Part shown: piece by piece, positions 22,990 through 36,961 of the stretch | Numbering within the stretch: the stretch's first letter is position 1 | Layout of the letters: the number at the start of each line of letters is the position of its first letter | NCBI RefSeq assembly: GCF_044704955.1 | Contig: NC_091999.1 | Span: 64,046,001-64,110,000, forward strand | DNA length: 64,000 bases | Origin: Pristiophorus japonicus | Taxonomy: Eukaryota | Direction of reading: 5' to 3' | Translations under genes and position numbers: made by a program | Notes under the pieces: model-generated | Told to the model about the DNA's origin: nothing | Databases searched by the model: none | What the model saw: the letters and a program-made list of their open reading frames with translations, nothing else

Positions 22990-24710
22990 TGTAAAGCGGC
23001 TGATAATGAACCTGCAGCTCGTTTTATGGCCGCATTTTCGCCTACCTCAGTGGCTCCGTGCAGGTTCCGATCTCGCTGCTGGCTCCAGCCAGTTATGTAG
23101 ATAAGATTATCCATTGATTAAGCTTGTTAAGCCCGCCCAGAGCATTGCTCGGGCGGTTTGAAGGAAGGGGGCCTGATGACGTCATTTGGAGACGCGTCAT
23201 CAGACGGTTTCCTGAAAGGGTCCTTTTCGAAATTGAATTTAATAGTTGTGCTCTGAGTGTTCCACAGCACTGAATTGCTACAAACAGTGACACGCACTGC
23301 AGAAAGATGCACGGCTTCACCCAGGCTCTCCTATGCAGCACAGAGAGACGTTTTCGTTACTTACTATGGGCAGGGGCGACCTCCCCAGGAAACCAAATCA
23401 GCACGGTTGCACATTGCAGTGGAATCAAAGGCAGTGATATCGTCAGCAGGACCAGACTGCAGTGGTGCAAATCTTTCCATGATCTAAGTGGATCACACCC
23501 TTTATTGCAAAGCCATTCTCAACCTTATCCTGCTGTGCCACTCACCACAGCCCCATCACTTCCTGCACATTCTTACGCACATCAACTTTCCTTGCACATC
23601 CACCTATCCCTCTCTATCTACATTATAACTTCTCCATCTCGCTAGCCACGCCCCATAGTCACCCTCATCCTGTTGCAATTATACCAACTAACAACACACA
23701 AGGGTAGGCATGTGTAGTTTAGCCAATGATCATACAAGGTTTCTGTTAATGTGCTGTCAAACATTGACACCTTTAATTTCATCACTTTGTGTTCTTGGAC
23801 AGATTTATGCGCACCTTCAGATGTGATGCTATGAGCTGTGTGAATGTTGAAACATAACGATACCCCCCGCAATGGCAACGAGTGTGGAAGCTGTGGCTTG
23901 GGCACTGTAACGACGCTGTATGATGTTCTTTTGGAGTGGTGTCAAAATGGCGCATTATGTGACAGGCAGGCTGTACAGCGTCTGCTGAAGTAAATCATGG
24001 TCAGGCCATCCCTCCCGTCCTGGTCAGCAATATGGCCGAGTTCTGATGCCCTCTCTCCTGTGCAGCATCAGTTGATTGCGGAGAAGGATGTTGTTGTTGG
24101 TGCTGCTTGTGTTAATTGTGATTATGGTGCTGGCGCTAATCGTGATGGGATTCAGAGGAGCAAGGTGAGAAAGCTTAAATTGCCAAAGGCTAATGTAATA
24201 GATGGCAAGTGACCTTGAGAGGACAGAAGTGATCTATCAATGGTGAGAGATTGTTCCGAAAGTGAAACTTCCAATGAGAGATTGTTCCTAGGACGTGCAA
24301 CGTCCACAAAGTTCAATGTGCCTCCCAAACCCAGTAAGCAAGACGTTTTAATCTTGAAATACAAACAGCTGTGAGATGGGAGTATTACAACATATTTGTA
24401 GCTAACAGGTAAAGAAATGAATTCATGGTAACAGATCGCCCGATGTCCTGCTTCCCGAGCCGTGTGAATCTCATTGAAAACCTGGCAAAATGGGAAGTTC
24501 AGCTCAACATTATTTTTAATAAACTCTTAACAAGGTCACAATGACTTAAATTGCCTCGCCTGCTGCAGCGTGGCGGGTCTGCTGAGAGTTTACAGACCGG
24601 ACATCTGGGAAAGTAGCATGGTGCTCGGTCCCAACCCACTGTCAATGTTTTTATTTTGATAGCTGACTCTCCACCGATCCCGCCCTCTGAGCGCTGGCAA
24701 AACTCCAGCA
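22990..24710. mobile_element. Degenerate Harbinger/PIF-like DNA transposon remnant
   Basis: GC-rich arms with CRE-like motifs and decayed coding-like segments resembling shark Harbinger relics; recognition by pattern only. Confidence 0.3.
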
Positions 24711-24734
24711 TCCCAATTTGTATTTCTATTGAAG

Positions 24735-25745
24735 TCACACAATACAAGGTGTACTAATACAACATAATGTGTCGGTAGACAATATAAGGTGTACTCACAC
24801 AATATAAGCACTACTCACACAATACAAGGTGAAATCACACAATACAATGTATCCTCACAAAATACATGGTGTACTCACACAACACAAGATGCATAAACTG
24901 ACAATGCAAGTTGCAGTCACACATTACAATGGATTCTCACACAATGCATGATGTACTCACACCATAGAAGCTGTACTCACACAATAGATAATATATTCAC
25001 ACAATACAAGATGTACTCGCACAATAGAAGATGTGCTAACACAATACAATGTCTACTTATACAATACAATGTGAACTCACCTGCTTTAAAGTGTACTGCC
25101 ACAATACAATATATATTCACACAATACAAGATGTACTCACACAATACAAGGTGTACTCACACAATACAAGATGTACTCTCACAATACAAGATGTACTCGT
25201 TCAATAAAATGTGTACTCACACAATACAATGTGTACTCAAATATTCCAATTTATTCTCACACAATAAAACGTGAACTGGCAGATTACGGGATGTACTCAC
25301 ACAATACAAAGTGTATTCACATAATGCAAAGTGTAATCACACAATACAAGCTGTACACTAACAATACAAGGGTAATCACATTACAAGTTGTAATCACACA
25401 ATACAAGGTGTAATCACACAATACAAGGTCTATTCACAATACAAGATGTAATCACACAATTCAAGGTGTATTCACAATACAAGGTGTAATCACACAATAC
25501 AAGGTGTAATCACACAATACAAGATGTATTCACACGATACAAGGTTTACTCACATGATACAAGGCATACGCACAAAATGCGAGGTGTACTCACAAAGTGC
25601 AAAGTGCTCACAAAATACAAAATGTACTCACGAAATACAAGATTTACTCACACAGTACAACGTGTACGTGCACAATACAAGATGTACTCATGCAACTCTG
25701 ATTGTCCTCGCAAAATACAAGGTTTGCACACACAATACAATGTGT
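24735..25745. repeat. 20-bp minisatellite (gtgtactcacacaatacaag), left part
   Basis: Period 20 visible e.g. 25131-25190. Confidence 0.95.
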
Positions 25746-28700
25746 AGAAACATAGAAACCAGAGAAAATAGGTGCAGGAGCAGCCCATTCGGAACTTCGA
25801 GACTGCACCACCATTCAATATGATCAGGGCTGATAATGCAATTTCAGTACCCCATTACTGCCTTCTCTCCATACCCCCTGATCCCTTTAGCCGTAATGGC
25901 CAAATCTAACTCCCTTTTGAATATATCCAACGAACTGGTCTCAAAAGCTTTCTGTGGTAGAGAATTCCATAGGTTCACGATATTCTGGGTGAAAAAGCTT
26001 CTCCTCATCACGGTCCTATATGGCTTACCCCTTTTCATTAGACTGTGACACCTGGTTCTGGACTTCCCCAACATCGGGAACAAAGTTCGTGCATCCGACC
26101 TGACCAATCTCGTCAGAATTTTATATACTTCGATGACATTCCCTCTCATTCTCCTAAATTCCAGTGAATATAAGCCAATTGATCCAACCTTTCTTCATAT
26201 GTCAGTCCTGCCATCCCGGGAATCAGTCCGGTTAACCTTCGCTTCACACCCTCAAAAGCAAGAAAGTCCTTCCTCAGATTAGGAGATAAAACTGCACACA
26301 ATACTCAGGGTGTGGTCTCACCAAGGCCCTGTACAACTGCAGCAGGACCATCCTGCTCCCATACTCAAATCCTCATGATATGAAGGCCAACATGCCATTT
26401 GTTTTCTTTACTGTCTGCTGTACATGCCTGCCTATTTTAATGACTGATGTACCATGATGCCCAGGTTTCGTTGCACCTCCCCTTTTACTAATATTTCACG
26501 ATTCAGATAATAATTTGCCTTCCTATGTTTGCCACCAAAGTGGATAAGCTCACACTTCTCCATATTTTACTCAATCTGCCATGCATTTTTCCACTCACTT
26601 ATCCGGCGAATTCAACCTGCAGCCTCTTAGTATCCTCCTCACAGCTCACACTGCCACCCAGCTTAGTGTTATCTGCAAAGTTGGAGATATTACCTTCAAT
26701 TCCTTCGTCTAAATCATTAATATATATTGTAAATAGTTGGGGTCCCAGCACTGAAACTTGCGGTATCCCACTACCCCTCAAAATTAAAACCTTTGTCTTT
26801 CTCTACTGAATTCTAAACTTCTTCCAGTCCTCAGGTTTGCTACTTTTTCTGGCCAATTTATGTGCCTCTTCCTTGGATTTAACAATATCCACAATTCCCC
26901 GTGTTAACCACGGCTGAGCCTCCATCCCCGTTTTATTTTAATGCCAGACAGGGATGTACAATTGTTGTAGTTCATCCATGTGATCTTTAAATGTCTGCCA
27001 TTGCCTATCTACCATCAACCCTTTAAGTATCATTCGCCACTCTATCCTAGCCAATTCATGTCTCATACCATCGAACTTACCTTTCTTTAAGTTCAGGACC
27101 CTAGACTCTGGATTAACTGTGACATTATCCTTCTTAATGAAGAATTATACCATATTAAGGTCACTCTTCCCCTCGCATGACAAGATTGCTAATTAATCCT
27201 TCCTCATTACACAAGACCCAGTCTAAGATGGACTGCTCTTTAGTTGATTCATCGACATATTGGTATAGAAAACCATCCCAAATACACTCCAGGAAATCCT
27301 CCTCCACAGTACTGCTACCAGTTTGGTTACCCAGTCCATATGTAGATTTAAGTCATCAATGATAACTGCTGTACCTGTATTGCACGCATCCCTAATTTCC
27401 TGTTTCTTGCCATCCTCACGCTCACTACTACTGTTTGGTGGTCTGTACATAATTCCCGAAAACATTTTCTGACCTTTGGTGTTTCGCAGCTCTATCCATA
27501 TAGATTCCACATCAGTCAAGGTAATGTCCTGCCTTACTATTGTGTTAATCTCCTCTTTAATCAGTAACGCTACCCCACCTGCTTTTCCTTTCTGTCTATC
27601 CTTCCTGAATATTGAATACCAATGGATGTTGTGTTCCCAGCCCTGGTTACCCTGGAGCCATGTCTCCGAAATTCCCAATTACATATATCCGTTAAAAGCT
27701 ATCTGCGCTGTTAATTCATCCACCTTATTATGAATGCTCCTCGCATTGAGACTCAAAGCCTTCAGGCTTGTTTTTTTTAAACTCTTTGTCCTTTTAGAAT
27801 TATATTTTAATATGTCGCTTTTTGATTTTTCTGCCCTCCACTCTTACTTTTCTCCTTCCTATCTTTTGCTTCTGCCGCCTTTTTACTTCCCTCTGCCTCC
27901 CTACATAGATCCCCATCCCCCTGCCATATTCGGTTAAACACTCGCCAACAGCACTAGCAAACACACCACCGACGACCTAGGTCGCGGTCCTGCCGAGGTG
28001 CAGACCATCCGGTTTGTACTGGTCCCACCTCCCACAGAACCAGTTCCAATGTCCCAGGAATTTGAATACCTCCCCCTTGCCCCAGTCCTCAAGCCACGTA
28101 TTCATTTGAACTATCCTGCTGTTCCAACTCTGAATAGCACGTGGCACTGATTGCAATCCTGAGATTCTACCTTTGAGGCCCGACTTTTAAATTTAACTCC
28201 TAGCTCCCTAAAATCAGCTTGTAGAATGTCATCCAGTTTTTTACCTGTATTGTTGGTACCTATATGCACCACGATAGTTGGCTGTTCATCCTCCCCCTCC
28301 ACAATGCCCTGCACCCGCTCCAAGACACCCTTGACCCTTGCACCAGGGAGGCAACATACCACTCTGGAGTCTCGTTTGCGGCCGCAGAAATGCCTATCTC
28401 TTCCACTTATAATAGAATCTCCTCTCACTATATACCTTCCACTCTTTTTCCAGTTCACCTGCGCAGCACAGTTACCCCTGCTGCCATGAACTTGGCTGCT
28501 GCTCCCTTTCCCTGATGAGCCACCATCCTCAACAGTATCCAAAACTGTATATCTGCCCTACCTTCCTTCCCCTGCTCTTCCTGATGGTCACCCATTCCCT
28601 ATCTGTCTGTGTCATCTTTACCTGCTGTGTGACCAACTCACTAAACATGCTATCCAAGACATCCTCAGCATCGCGGATGCTCCAGAGTGAATCCATGCAC

Positions 28701-29120
28701 AGCTCCAGTGCCTCAATGTGACCTGACAGGAGCTGTAGCTCGACACACTTCACGCACACATAGTAGCCAGTGTCCCTGACTTCCCACATACCATAGGAGG
28801 AGCAGGACACGGCTCTGGGCTCTCCTGCCATGACTTAACCTTTAGATTAACATAATTTGGCAACAATGCCAAAGGTTTCCTACTGATAAGAAAAGAAAAA
28901 GATAAAGAAAAAATGCTTACCAATCAACCAGCCAAAATCTTACCCGCTTGGCTGTGACATTACCCTTCGATTTCTTTTTACTTCTATTTTGCTTTTTGAT
29001 TTTTGACGCTACACCAGCTGTTCCTGCGACTGCTATTCCTGACGATCTGCCGCAGAACTTTTATCCGCCTCGATCCTCCCACTCCCTCTAGCTCCTCCAA
29101 CTGATGCTCCTCCCGATCAG
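25746..29120 (-). mobile_element. CR1 with both ends, internally deleted and decayed, inserted into the 20-bp satellite
   Basis: 3' tail at 25746; RT end to ~26770; jump to endonuclease region (GISETWLQ..DRQKGKAGGV..YRPP); ORF1 remnants 27930-28831; 5'UTR to ~29120. Confidence 0.9.
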
Positions 29121-29124
29121 AGAG

Positions 29125-29650
29125 CAAGGTTTACTCACATAATACATGTTGTACTTATACAATACAAGCTGAAATTACGCAATACAATCTATTCTCACAC
29201 AATACAAGGTGTACATACACATTACAAGGTTTACGCACACAACCCCAAGGTGTACTCACATAATAAAAGGTGTACACATACAGTAAAAGGGGTGCTCATA
29301 CAATACAAGGAGTACACATACAACAAAAGCTTTACTTTCACAATACAAGATGTACTTACACGATAAAACGTGTGCTCATACCATAAAAGTTATACTCACA
29401 CGATATAAAATGTAAACTCACACCATAATATCAATACTCACACTATATAAGCTGTATTCATACAACAAAGTCAGTACGCACACAATACAAGGTGTGCTCA
29501 CACAATAAAAGCTGTACTCATGCAACACAAGTTCTACTCACACAATATATCGTGACTTCACACAATACAAAGTGTACCCACACAAAACAACATATACGGA
29601 CAAATATTAATCTGTACTCACACAACACATTGCATACTCACCCGCTACAA
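29125..29650. repeat. 20-bp minisatellite, right part
   Basis: Same unit resumes after the CR1 5' end. Confidence 0.9.
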
Positions 29651-29654
29651 AGTA

Positions 29655-29965
29655 TCATCATTGGCAGTGCGTCGAAACGAGGATGACTTGCTTCCACGCC
29701 AAAAAGAAGGATGAGTTCACAGATGTTTCAATGAAGAACCTAATATTCCAGGTTCCAAACTACATCCTGACGGGTGGAAGATGCTTGTGCATGGATTTTG
29801 TTAACGTGTGGTGGCCGTTACACACCAGCCGCCACACGGGCTTGACAGAGCTCGGTCTTATTCCAGTGGCAAGGGTTATCCTAGATGTGCTCTGTTGCAC
29901 GGACCTAGTGTGCACACATATCACTGTATGGTCTGGCCCGCGCTGCCCAATGGCACCGAACCCAC
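29655..29965 (-). mobile_element. SINE-like element with RTE-derived 3' end
   Basis: catcattggcagtgcgtcgaaacgaggatgacttgcttccac is a reverse-complement match to the RTE tip at 5980-6020. Confidence 0.6.
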
Positions 29966-30699
29966 GCCTCTGTAAGCTACAAGGCTCCGGACTCAGAGCT
30001 GGAGAGTGGGATTAGGCTGGATAGCTCTCTATCAGTCTGCGCAAACACGATGGGCCTAAATGGCCTCCTTCCGTGCTGTAAATTTCTATGGTTATATAAT
30101 GAGAAATAATTTACAGTTTCGGGGGTCGATAACCAGGTGTTTAAAGGCCATTCATTTCTCTCTTTCCATATCGCTGTTAGTTCAAGGAACACAGATTGAT
30201 TTCCCCTCATTATGCATCTTTAGTTGTGAAACAAAAATCCTTCCTGTTAATAGAGAACCACATTCTGCCCTGGGGGAGACGGCGGGTAGCTTCAGCCTTT
30301 AAAATTCTCCTCCTCTTGTTCAAATCCCGCCAACACCTCGCCACTCCCTATCTCTGTAACCTCCTCCAGCCCACCAACCCTCTTAATGAAGGAAAACATT
30401 TTCAGTGTCAGACGGCTCGGTAGCCAGAGGACACCGATTTAACATGATTGGCAAATGAACCAGATGCCACAAGAGCGAAAAACATTCAGTAGCGAAATGT
30501 TATGGCCTGGAACGCACTGCCTGTAAGGGTGGTGGAGGCAGATTCACTCTTTACGTGCAAAAGAGATAAATATTTGAGTTGCAAAGATTTGCAGGGTTAT
30601 GAGGCAGAGCAGTGGAGTGGACTAATTATACAGCTTAGGATAAGCAAGAGAGTAAAGAATGTTCCAGAGAAACTAGAACTGTCTGTAGAGAATTTATAT

Positions 30700-30950
30700 C
30701 TTGGGCAGGCAGCACAGTCGGTTGGAATGCACATCCTGGGCAGGCAGCTCAGTCCCATGGAATGCACATCCTGGGCAGGCAGCTCAGTCCCAAGGAATGT
30801 ACATCCTGGGCAGGGAAGCTCAATCCCACGGAATGCACATCCTGGGCAGGCAGCTCAGTCCCATGGAATGCACATCCTTGGCAGGCAGCTCAGTCCCATG
30901 GAATGTACATCCTGGTCAGGCAGCACAGTCCCATGGAATACACATACTGG
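30700..30950. repeat. ~7 x 35-bp tandem repeat
   Basis: Unit gcacatcctgggcaggcagctcagtcccatggaat. Confidence 0.9.
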
Positions 30951-31129
30951 GCCATGTGGGAACATCTGGATGACCACGTTGCGGGAAGTGTCGCCAGCTC
31001 CCTAATTGCCTGTTTGATGCCCTCCCCAACATCACTACTACTGTCTGGATGTCGGTACACAACTCCCACTAACGTGTATTGCCCTTTGGTGTTCTGCAGC
31101 TCTACCCATATAGATTCCTTATGTGCATT

Positions 31130-33360
31130 TTGAGCATCGGGTTTCGGAGCTTGAGCAGTTGCTAGCGTCAATGCAGTCTATCCGCGGGGCTGAGAGCTTC
31201 GAGAATAACGTATTTCAGGAGGTAGTCACCCAGCAGCTTAAAATTGTGCAGGCATAGAGGGAATGGAAGATCGTCACACAGACAAGGAGGAACTGGCATG
31301 TAGGACAGGAATCGCCTGACTCATTAACCGATTTTCAGTTCTGGTTAATGAGGAGCATGATGGTTGCTCTGGGGAGTGAAGCCAGTGCCAAGTCCATGGA
31401 ACCATGGGTGGCTCAGCTGTACAGAAGGGAAGGAAGAAGAGTGGAAGAGCAATAGTGGTAGGTCATTTGATACATGGGGAATAGACAGACATAGAAACAT
31501 AGAAAATAGGTGCAGGACTAGGCTATTTGGCCCTTCTAGCCTGCACCGCCATTCAATGAGTTCATGGCTGAACATGCAACTTCAGTACCCCATTCCTGCT
31601 TTCTCGCCATACCCCTTGATCCCCCTAGTAATAAGGACGTTTGGAGGCTGCAGACGTGACTGCAGAATAGTTATTGCCTCCCTGGTTACAGGGTCAAGGT
31701 TTGTCACTGAAAGGGTGCAGGACATTGTGAGGGAACGGGGGGAGGGGGGTGCATAGCAGAAGTCGTGGTCTAATTGTCAGCAATGACAAAGGTCGAAAGA
31801 GGGATGACGTCCTTCAGGCAGTTTTAAGGGAGCTGGAAAGGAGACTAAAAAACAGGATATCAAATGTAGTAATCTCCAGATTACTCCCAGTACCACGTGC
31901 TAGTGAGTACAGAAATAGGAGGATCGAGCAGGTGAATATGTGGCTTGAGACGATGCAGGAGGGAAGACTTTAAATTCCTGTGGTATTGCAACTGTTTCTG
32001 GGGGCGGTGAGACCTGGACAAGCCAGTCGGGATGCACCTGAACAAAGCTGGGACCTAGATCCTCTACAAGCTGGGGAGAGCCTCAGCTCGTTGGTGGGAA
32101 AATGTTTGGATAAAATGCTGAGGGATAGGATAAATCTTCATTTGGGAAGACACGGATTAATCAAGGACAGTCAGCATGGATTTGTTAAGGGAAAGCCAGG
32201 TCTGTCTATCGATTGACTCTCCTATATAGCCCCTCAAAAAATTTAATGAGGGCAGTGCATTTGAATATGTGTATATGAATTCTAGCAGCGATTTTGATAA
32301 AGTCCCACAAGGCAGACTGGTCACAAAAGTATAAGCAATTGGGTACAAAGCAAAGTGGCAAGTTGGATCCAAAATTGGCTCAGAGTCAGGAAGCAAAGGT
32401 TAATGGTTGATGGGTGTTTTTGAGACTGGAAGGCTGTCTCCAGTGGGGAATCCATAGAGCTCACTACTAGGTCCCTTTTTTATCAATAATTTGGACTTCA
32501 ATCTATAGGGTATGATTAGGAAGTATGCAGATGACACACAAATTGGCCTTGTGTTTGATAATGAAGAAGAAAGTTATAGGCTGCAGGAAGATGTCAATGG
32601 ACTGATCAGGTGGGCAGAATAGTAGCAAGTGGACTTCAATCCGCGGAAGTGTGAGGTCTTGCATTTGGGTGGGCTAACAAGGCAAGGGAATACACAATGA
32701 ATCGTAGGATACTGAGAAGTGTAGATGAATAAAGAGACCTAGGAGTGCATATCCACAGACCCATGAAGGTTTCAGGACAGGTAGACATTATAAATACATT
32801 AAGAGGATAACTAGAGAAAGAATGGGGCCTATTAAAGACCACAAAGGAAATCTGTGTGTGGAAGCAGAAGATGTGAATATAATTCTTAATAAATACCCTG
32901 CATTTGTTTTCACAAAAGAGAGGGGCGATGCAGATTTTGCAATGAGGGATGAGTGTGAAATATTGGACGAGGTAAACATAGTTGGAGAAGAAGTATTAAG
33001 GGATTTAGCAGCTTTGAAAGTGGATAAATCCCCAGGCCCAGATGAAATGTATTTCAGGCTGTTAAGCGAAGCAAAAGAGGAAATAGCAGAGGCTCTGACC
33101 ATCATTTTCCAATCCACACTGGCTACAGGTGTGGTGCCAGAGGACTGAAGGACCTCTGATGTTTAACCTTTGTTTAAAAATGGAGACAAGGATAGATCGA
33201 TTTATTAAAGGCCAGTCAGCCTAACCTCAGTGGTGGGAATTTTTTTTGGAAAAATCCTGAATGACAGGATAAATCTTTATTTGGAAACACATTGATTAAT
33301 CAGGAAGAGTCCGCACGGATTTGTTCAGGGAAGGTCATATCTGACTAACTTGATTGAATC
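31130..33360 (+). mobile_element. Old rearranged CR1 (ORF1 and ORF2 pieces) with a nested minus-strand CR1 tip at ~31487-31636
   Basis: VVISRLLPVPRASEYRNRRIEQ (ORF1); QHGFVKGK and KSPGPDEM (ORF2) out of order. Confidence 0.8.
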
Positions 33361-34615
33361 TGTCCCCTCTTCCAGGTCATCTATGCATATTGTAAACAAT
33401 TGTGGTCCCAGCACCGATCCCTGTGGCACACCACTAACCACCGGTTTCCAACCCGAAAAGGACCCATTTATCCCGACTCTCTGCTTTCTGTTAGCCAGCC
33501 AATTCTCAATCCATGCTAATACATTTCCTCTGACTCCGCGTACCTTTATCTTCTGCAGTAACCTTTTGTGTGGCACCTTATCGAATGCCTTTTGGAAATC
33601 TAAATACACCACATTCATCGGTATTCATCATGCTCATTATATCCTCAAAGAATTCCAGTAAATTAGTTAAACTTGATTTCCCCTTCATGAATCCATGTTG
33701 CGTCTGCTTTATTGCACTATTCCTATCTAGATGTCCCGCTATTCCTTCCTTCATGAGAGCTTCAAGTATTTTCCCCACTACAGATGTTAAACTAACCGGC
33801 CTATAGTTACTTGCCTTTTGTCTGCCCCCTTTGTTAAACAGAGGCGTTACATTAGCTGCTTTCCAATCCGCTGGACCTCCCCAGAGTCCAGAGAATTTTG
33901 GTAGATTATAACGAATGCATCTGCTATAACTTCTGCCATCTCTTTTAATACCCTGGGATGCATTTCATCAGGACCAGGGGACTTTTCTACCTTGAGTCCC
34001 ATTAGCCTATCCAGCACTACCACCGTTGTGATAGTGATTATCTCAAGGTCCTCCCTTCTCACATTCCCGTGACCAGCAATTTCTGCAATGGTTTTTGTGT
34101 CTTCCATTGTGAAGACCGAAGCCAAATAATTGTTTAGGGTCTCAGCCATTTCCACATTTCCCAGTATTAAATCCCCCTTCTCATCTTCTGAGAGACCAAC
34201 ATTTACTTTAGTCACTCTTTTCCGTTTTATATATCGGTAAAAGCTTTTACTATCTGTTTTTATGTGTTGCGCAAATTTACTTTCGTAATCTATCTTTCCA
34301 TTCTTTATTGTTCTCTTAATCATTCTTTGCTGTCGATTAAAATTTTCCCAATCTTCTAGTTTCCCACTAACATTGGCCACCTTATACGCATTGGTTTTTA
34401 ATTTGATACTCTCCTTTATTTCCTTGGTTATCCACGGCTGGTTATCCCTTCTCTAACCGCCCTTCTTTTTCACTGGAATATATTTTTGTTGAGCACTATG
34501 AAATAGCTCCTTAAACGTCCTCCACTGTTCCTCAATTGTGCCACCGTTTAGTCTGCGTTTCCAGTCTACTTTAGACAACTCTGCCATCATCCCACTGTAG
34601 TCCCCTTTGTTTAAG
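33361..34615 (-). mobile_element. CR1 ORF2 internal fragment
   Basis: [50 protein letters not shown]. Confidence 0.9.
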
Positions 34616-35109
34616 CGACTGTAATATAAATAGAGACAGGGTCTCGTGTAATGTAAACAGAGACAGGGTCTAGTGCAATGTAAGTAGGGACAGGGTCTAG
34701 TGTAATCTCAGCAGAGACAGGGTCTAGTGCAGTAATATATTTTAAATCTCTGGCTTGTGGTTACTGTCCGTCCTACCAGTGGTAAAGTTTTCTAACTATT
34801 TACTTGATTAAAACTCCTCATAATTTTGATCGCCACTATTAAATCTGCCTTAACATTCTCGGATATAAGGAGCACCGTCCCAGTTTCCAGCTGTTCTACT
34901 GATGCACCTCATGAACATCCAGATGAGGATTCGCTAAGATTTGATCCCATTTTACAACAGTGCCAGAATATCATCCCAGGCAAGATAAGAGCATTATCCC
35001 CAGGAATTAAACCGATTGTGTAAGACTCGTCTCAGGCACTGAACTTTGGACACTCTGAACTAAATGACAACATCTAAAAAATTAAGCTGTGACGTGCTAA
35101 AGCCCCGGT

Positions 35110-35545
35110 ACAATGGGATCACTCTCACCTCTGAGTGAGAAGGCTGTGGGTTCTCAACCCCTCTCTACAGACTGAGCACATAATCTCGGCTGGCACTCCC
35201 GGTACCAGTACCGAAGGAGAATGGGAGGGGGGGCTATATTGACGGTGGAGCAGTCTTTCGGATGAGACGTTACATCTGCTGAGTCTTCGCTTACAGTTGG
35301 ATGTAAGAGATTGAATGGCACAATTTTAAATAGCAGGGGAGTTCACCCCGAAGTCCATTACACATACTTATCCATTAACCAGCATCGCTAAAGAACAGAT
35401 TCTGTGGTTATTATCACATTATGTTTGTGGGAGCTTTCTGTGTGCAATTTGACTCCACGTTTCCTGCATTACAAAAGTGACTACACTTCAAACGTACTTC
35501 ATTATAAAGCACTTTTGGACATTCTGACGACGTGAAAGTCGTGAA
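35110..35545 (+). mobile_element. DeuSINE-like SINE (SacSINE1/AmnSINE type)
   Basis: tRNA-like head (ctctcacctctgagt..gggttc), Deu-like core (gtctttcggatgagacgtt..gggagttc), L2-type tail. Confidence 0.65.
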
Positions 35546-36374
35546 AGTTATTTCTAAACGTCAACATTTAAAATACACGTTGCAATGGGTGACTCCTCTG
35601 TTCGCTGTTTTAACTTGTTTATTTTAAGTGGCTGGAATCTTACGCTAAATGGACATCCAGTGAATTACTGATCTGTTCAGCGAGATTCCATTGACATTGG
35701 TAGCAGAATTTTCAGAATTGAATTATTAATTTTAATATGTTCCCTTTGATATAAATCACATCTCTTCTAATTGAACAAACCAAAAACCGATGTCACAGCT
35801 GGAGATATTTCCATTTCTTTGTACCAACTACCAATATTCATAAAATAAACCCGTGCTGTGAGTTAAAACTAATCAGTAAATGACTTTGTGGATCTGATTT
35901 TGCTGCCATGAACACTTCATGGAAACCTGTGAGGTGTTTATTTAAATAAACGCAGAAATAGAAGTCCCAGATTAGAATAGTGAACGACAGAATAGAAATA
36001 AACAGAGAAAGAAACGCTAATGTCTCAACGGATTCCAGCAACAATTGATGTTTGGGATATTTATTTTCAGTTATTGGTGAACAAATCAACGATGTTATCC
36101 GCGGCCAGAATAGGGAAAGATTCTAGTCACCGTACATAGTCACAGCTCAAATGTATTCGTGGCAATTCTCTGTATCCCCTCCCTCTCTGCCTCTCTCTAC
36201 TATCCCCACCTTTTGCCTTGCCTCTAAAGAATGCGTCATTATTTTTACTTCACAATAAGAAGCCAATGTCAAACAAAAATATTCTCTAAGGTCTATTTCC
36301 AGGCCTCAAACCAAATTGGTGGGTGTGCGGAGAGGCAGCTTTATAATAAAATATATCATGTGAACTCAATGATC

Positions 36375-36729
36375 TTGGGTGTTTGATGTGACTCTGTAGC
36401 GGGAACTTTACTCTGCATCTAACTACGTGCTGTACCTGCCCTGCGAGTGTTTAATGGGACGGTTTCGAGGGAGCTTTTCTCTGCATAGACCAGTGATGTA
36501 CCTGCTCTGGAAGAGTTTGATGGGACGGTGTAGAGGGGGCTTTACTCTATAGCTTACCCGTGCTGTACCTGCCCTGGGAGCGTTTGATGTGACGGTATAG
36601 AGGGAGCTTTATTGTTTTTCGAATCGTGCTGTACCTGAGCTGGGAGTGTTTGATGGGACAGCATCGAGGGAGCTTTTCTTTGCATAGACCCGCGCTGTCC
36701 CTGCCCTGGGAATGTTTGATGGCACAGTG
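36375..36729. repeat. ~64-bp tandem repeat
   Basis: Unit ~gtgctgtacctgccctgggagtgtttgatgggacggtgtagagggagctttactctg. Confidence 0.85.
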
Positions 36730-36950
36730 TGACATCACTATCGCAGAAAATTGTTTTTGTCAGTGCAACTTCCTGTATATTGCATTTCGTGTTTACCTCT
36801 TTGACATCATCACGTCAGCAACACGTAAACAATGGGTGACGTCATTGTTTACAACAAAGCAGCGTCATGAACGTGATTTAGTCGCCATAGCTTCATCGGT
36901 GCGACGTCTGACCCTCAGCCAAATGGATTGCTCGATTTGACCTATATAGA
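36730..36950. promoter_or_regulatory. Candidate promoter/enhancer module: CRE cluster, FOX/SOX dyad, ETS and TCF sites
   Basis: TGACATCA 36730 and 36802, TCACGTCA 36810, TGACGTCA 36837, ACTTCCTGT 36768, GTAAACAATG/CATTGTTTAC inverted pair 36825/36843, AACAAAG 36853; CpG-rich. Confidence 0.5.
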
Positions 36951-36961
36951 CACATCTATAC

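Noticed and set aside
35838-36089. Hydrophobic 83-aa ORF as leader or TM exon
   Set aside because: No recognisable family motif or splice context.
36723-36780. RSS-like CACAGTG and TGTTTTTGT
   Set aside because: The heptamer is the end of the 64-bp repeat; spacing to a nonamer is wrong and there is no adjacent V/D/J coding sequence.
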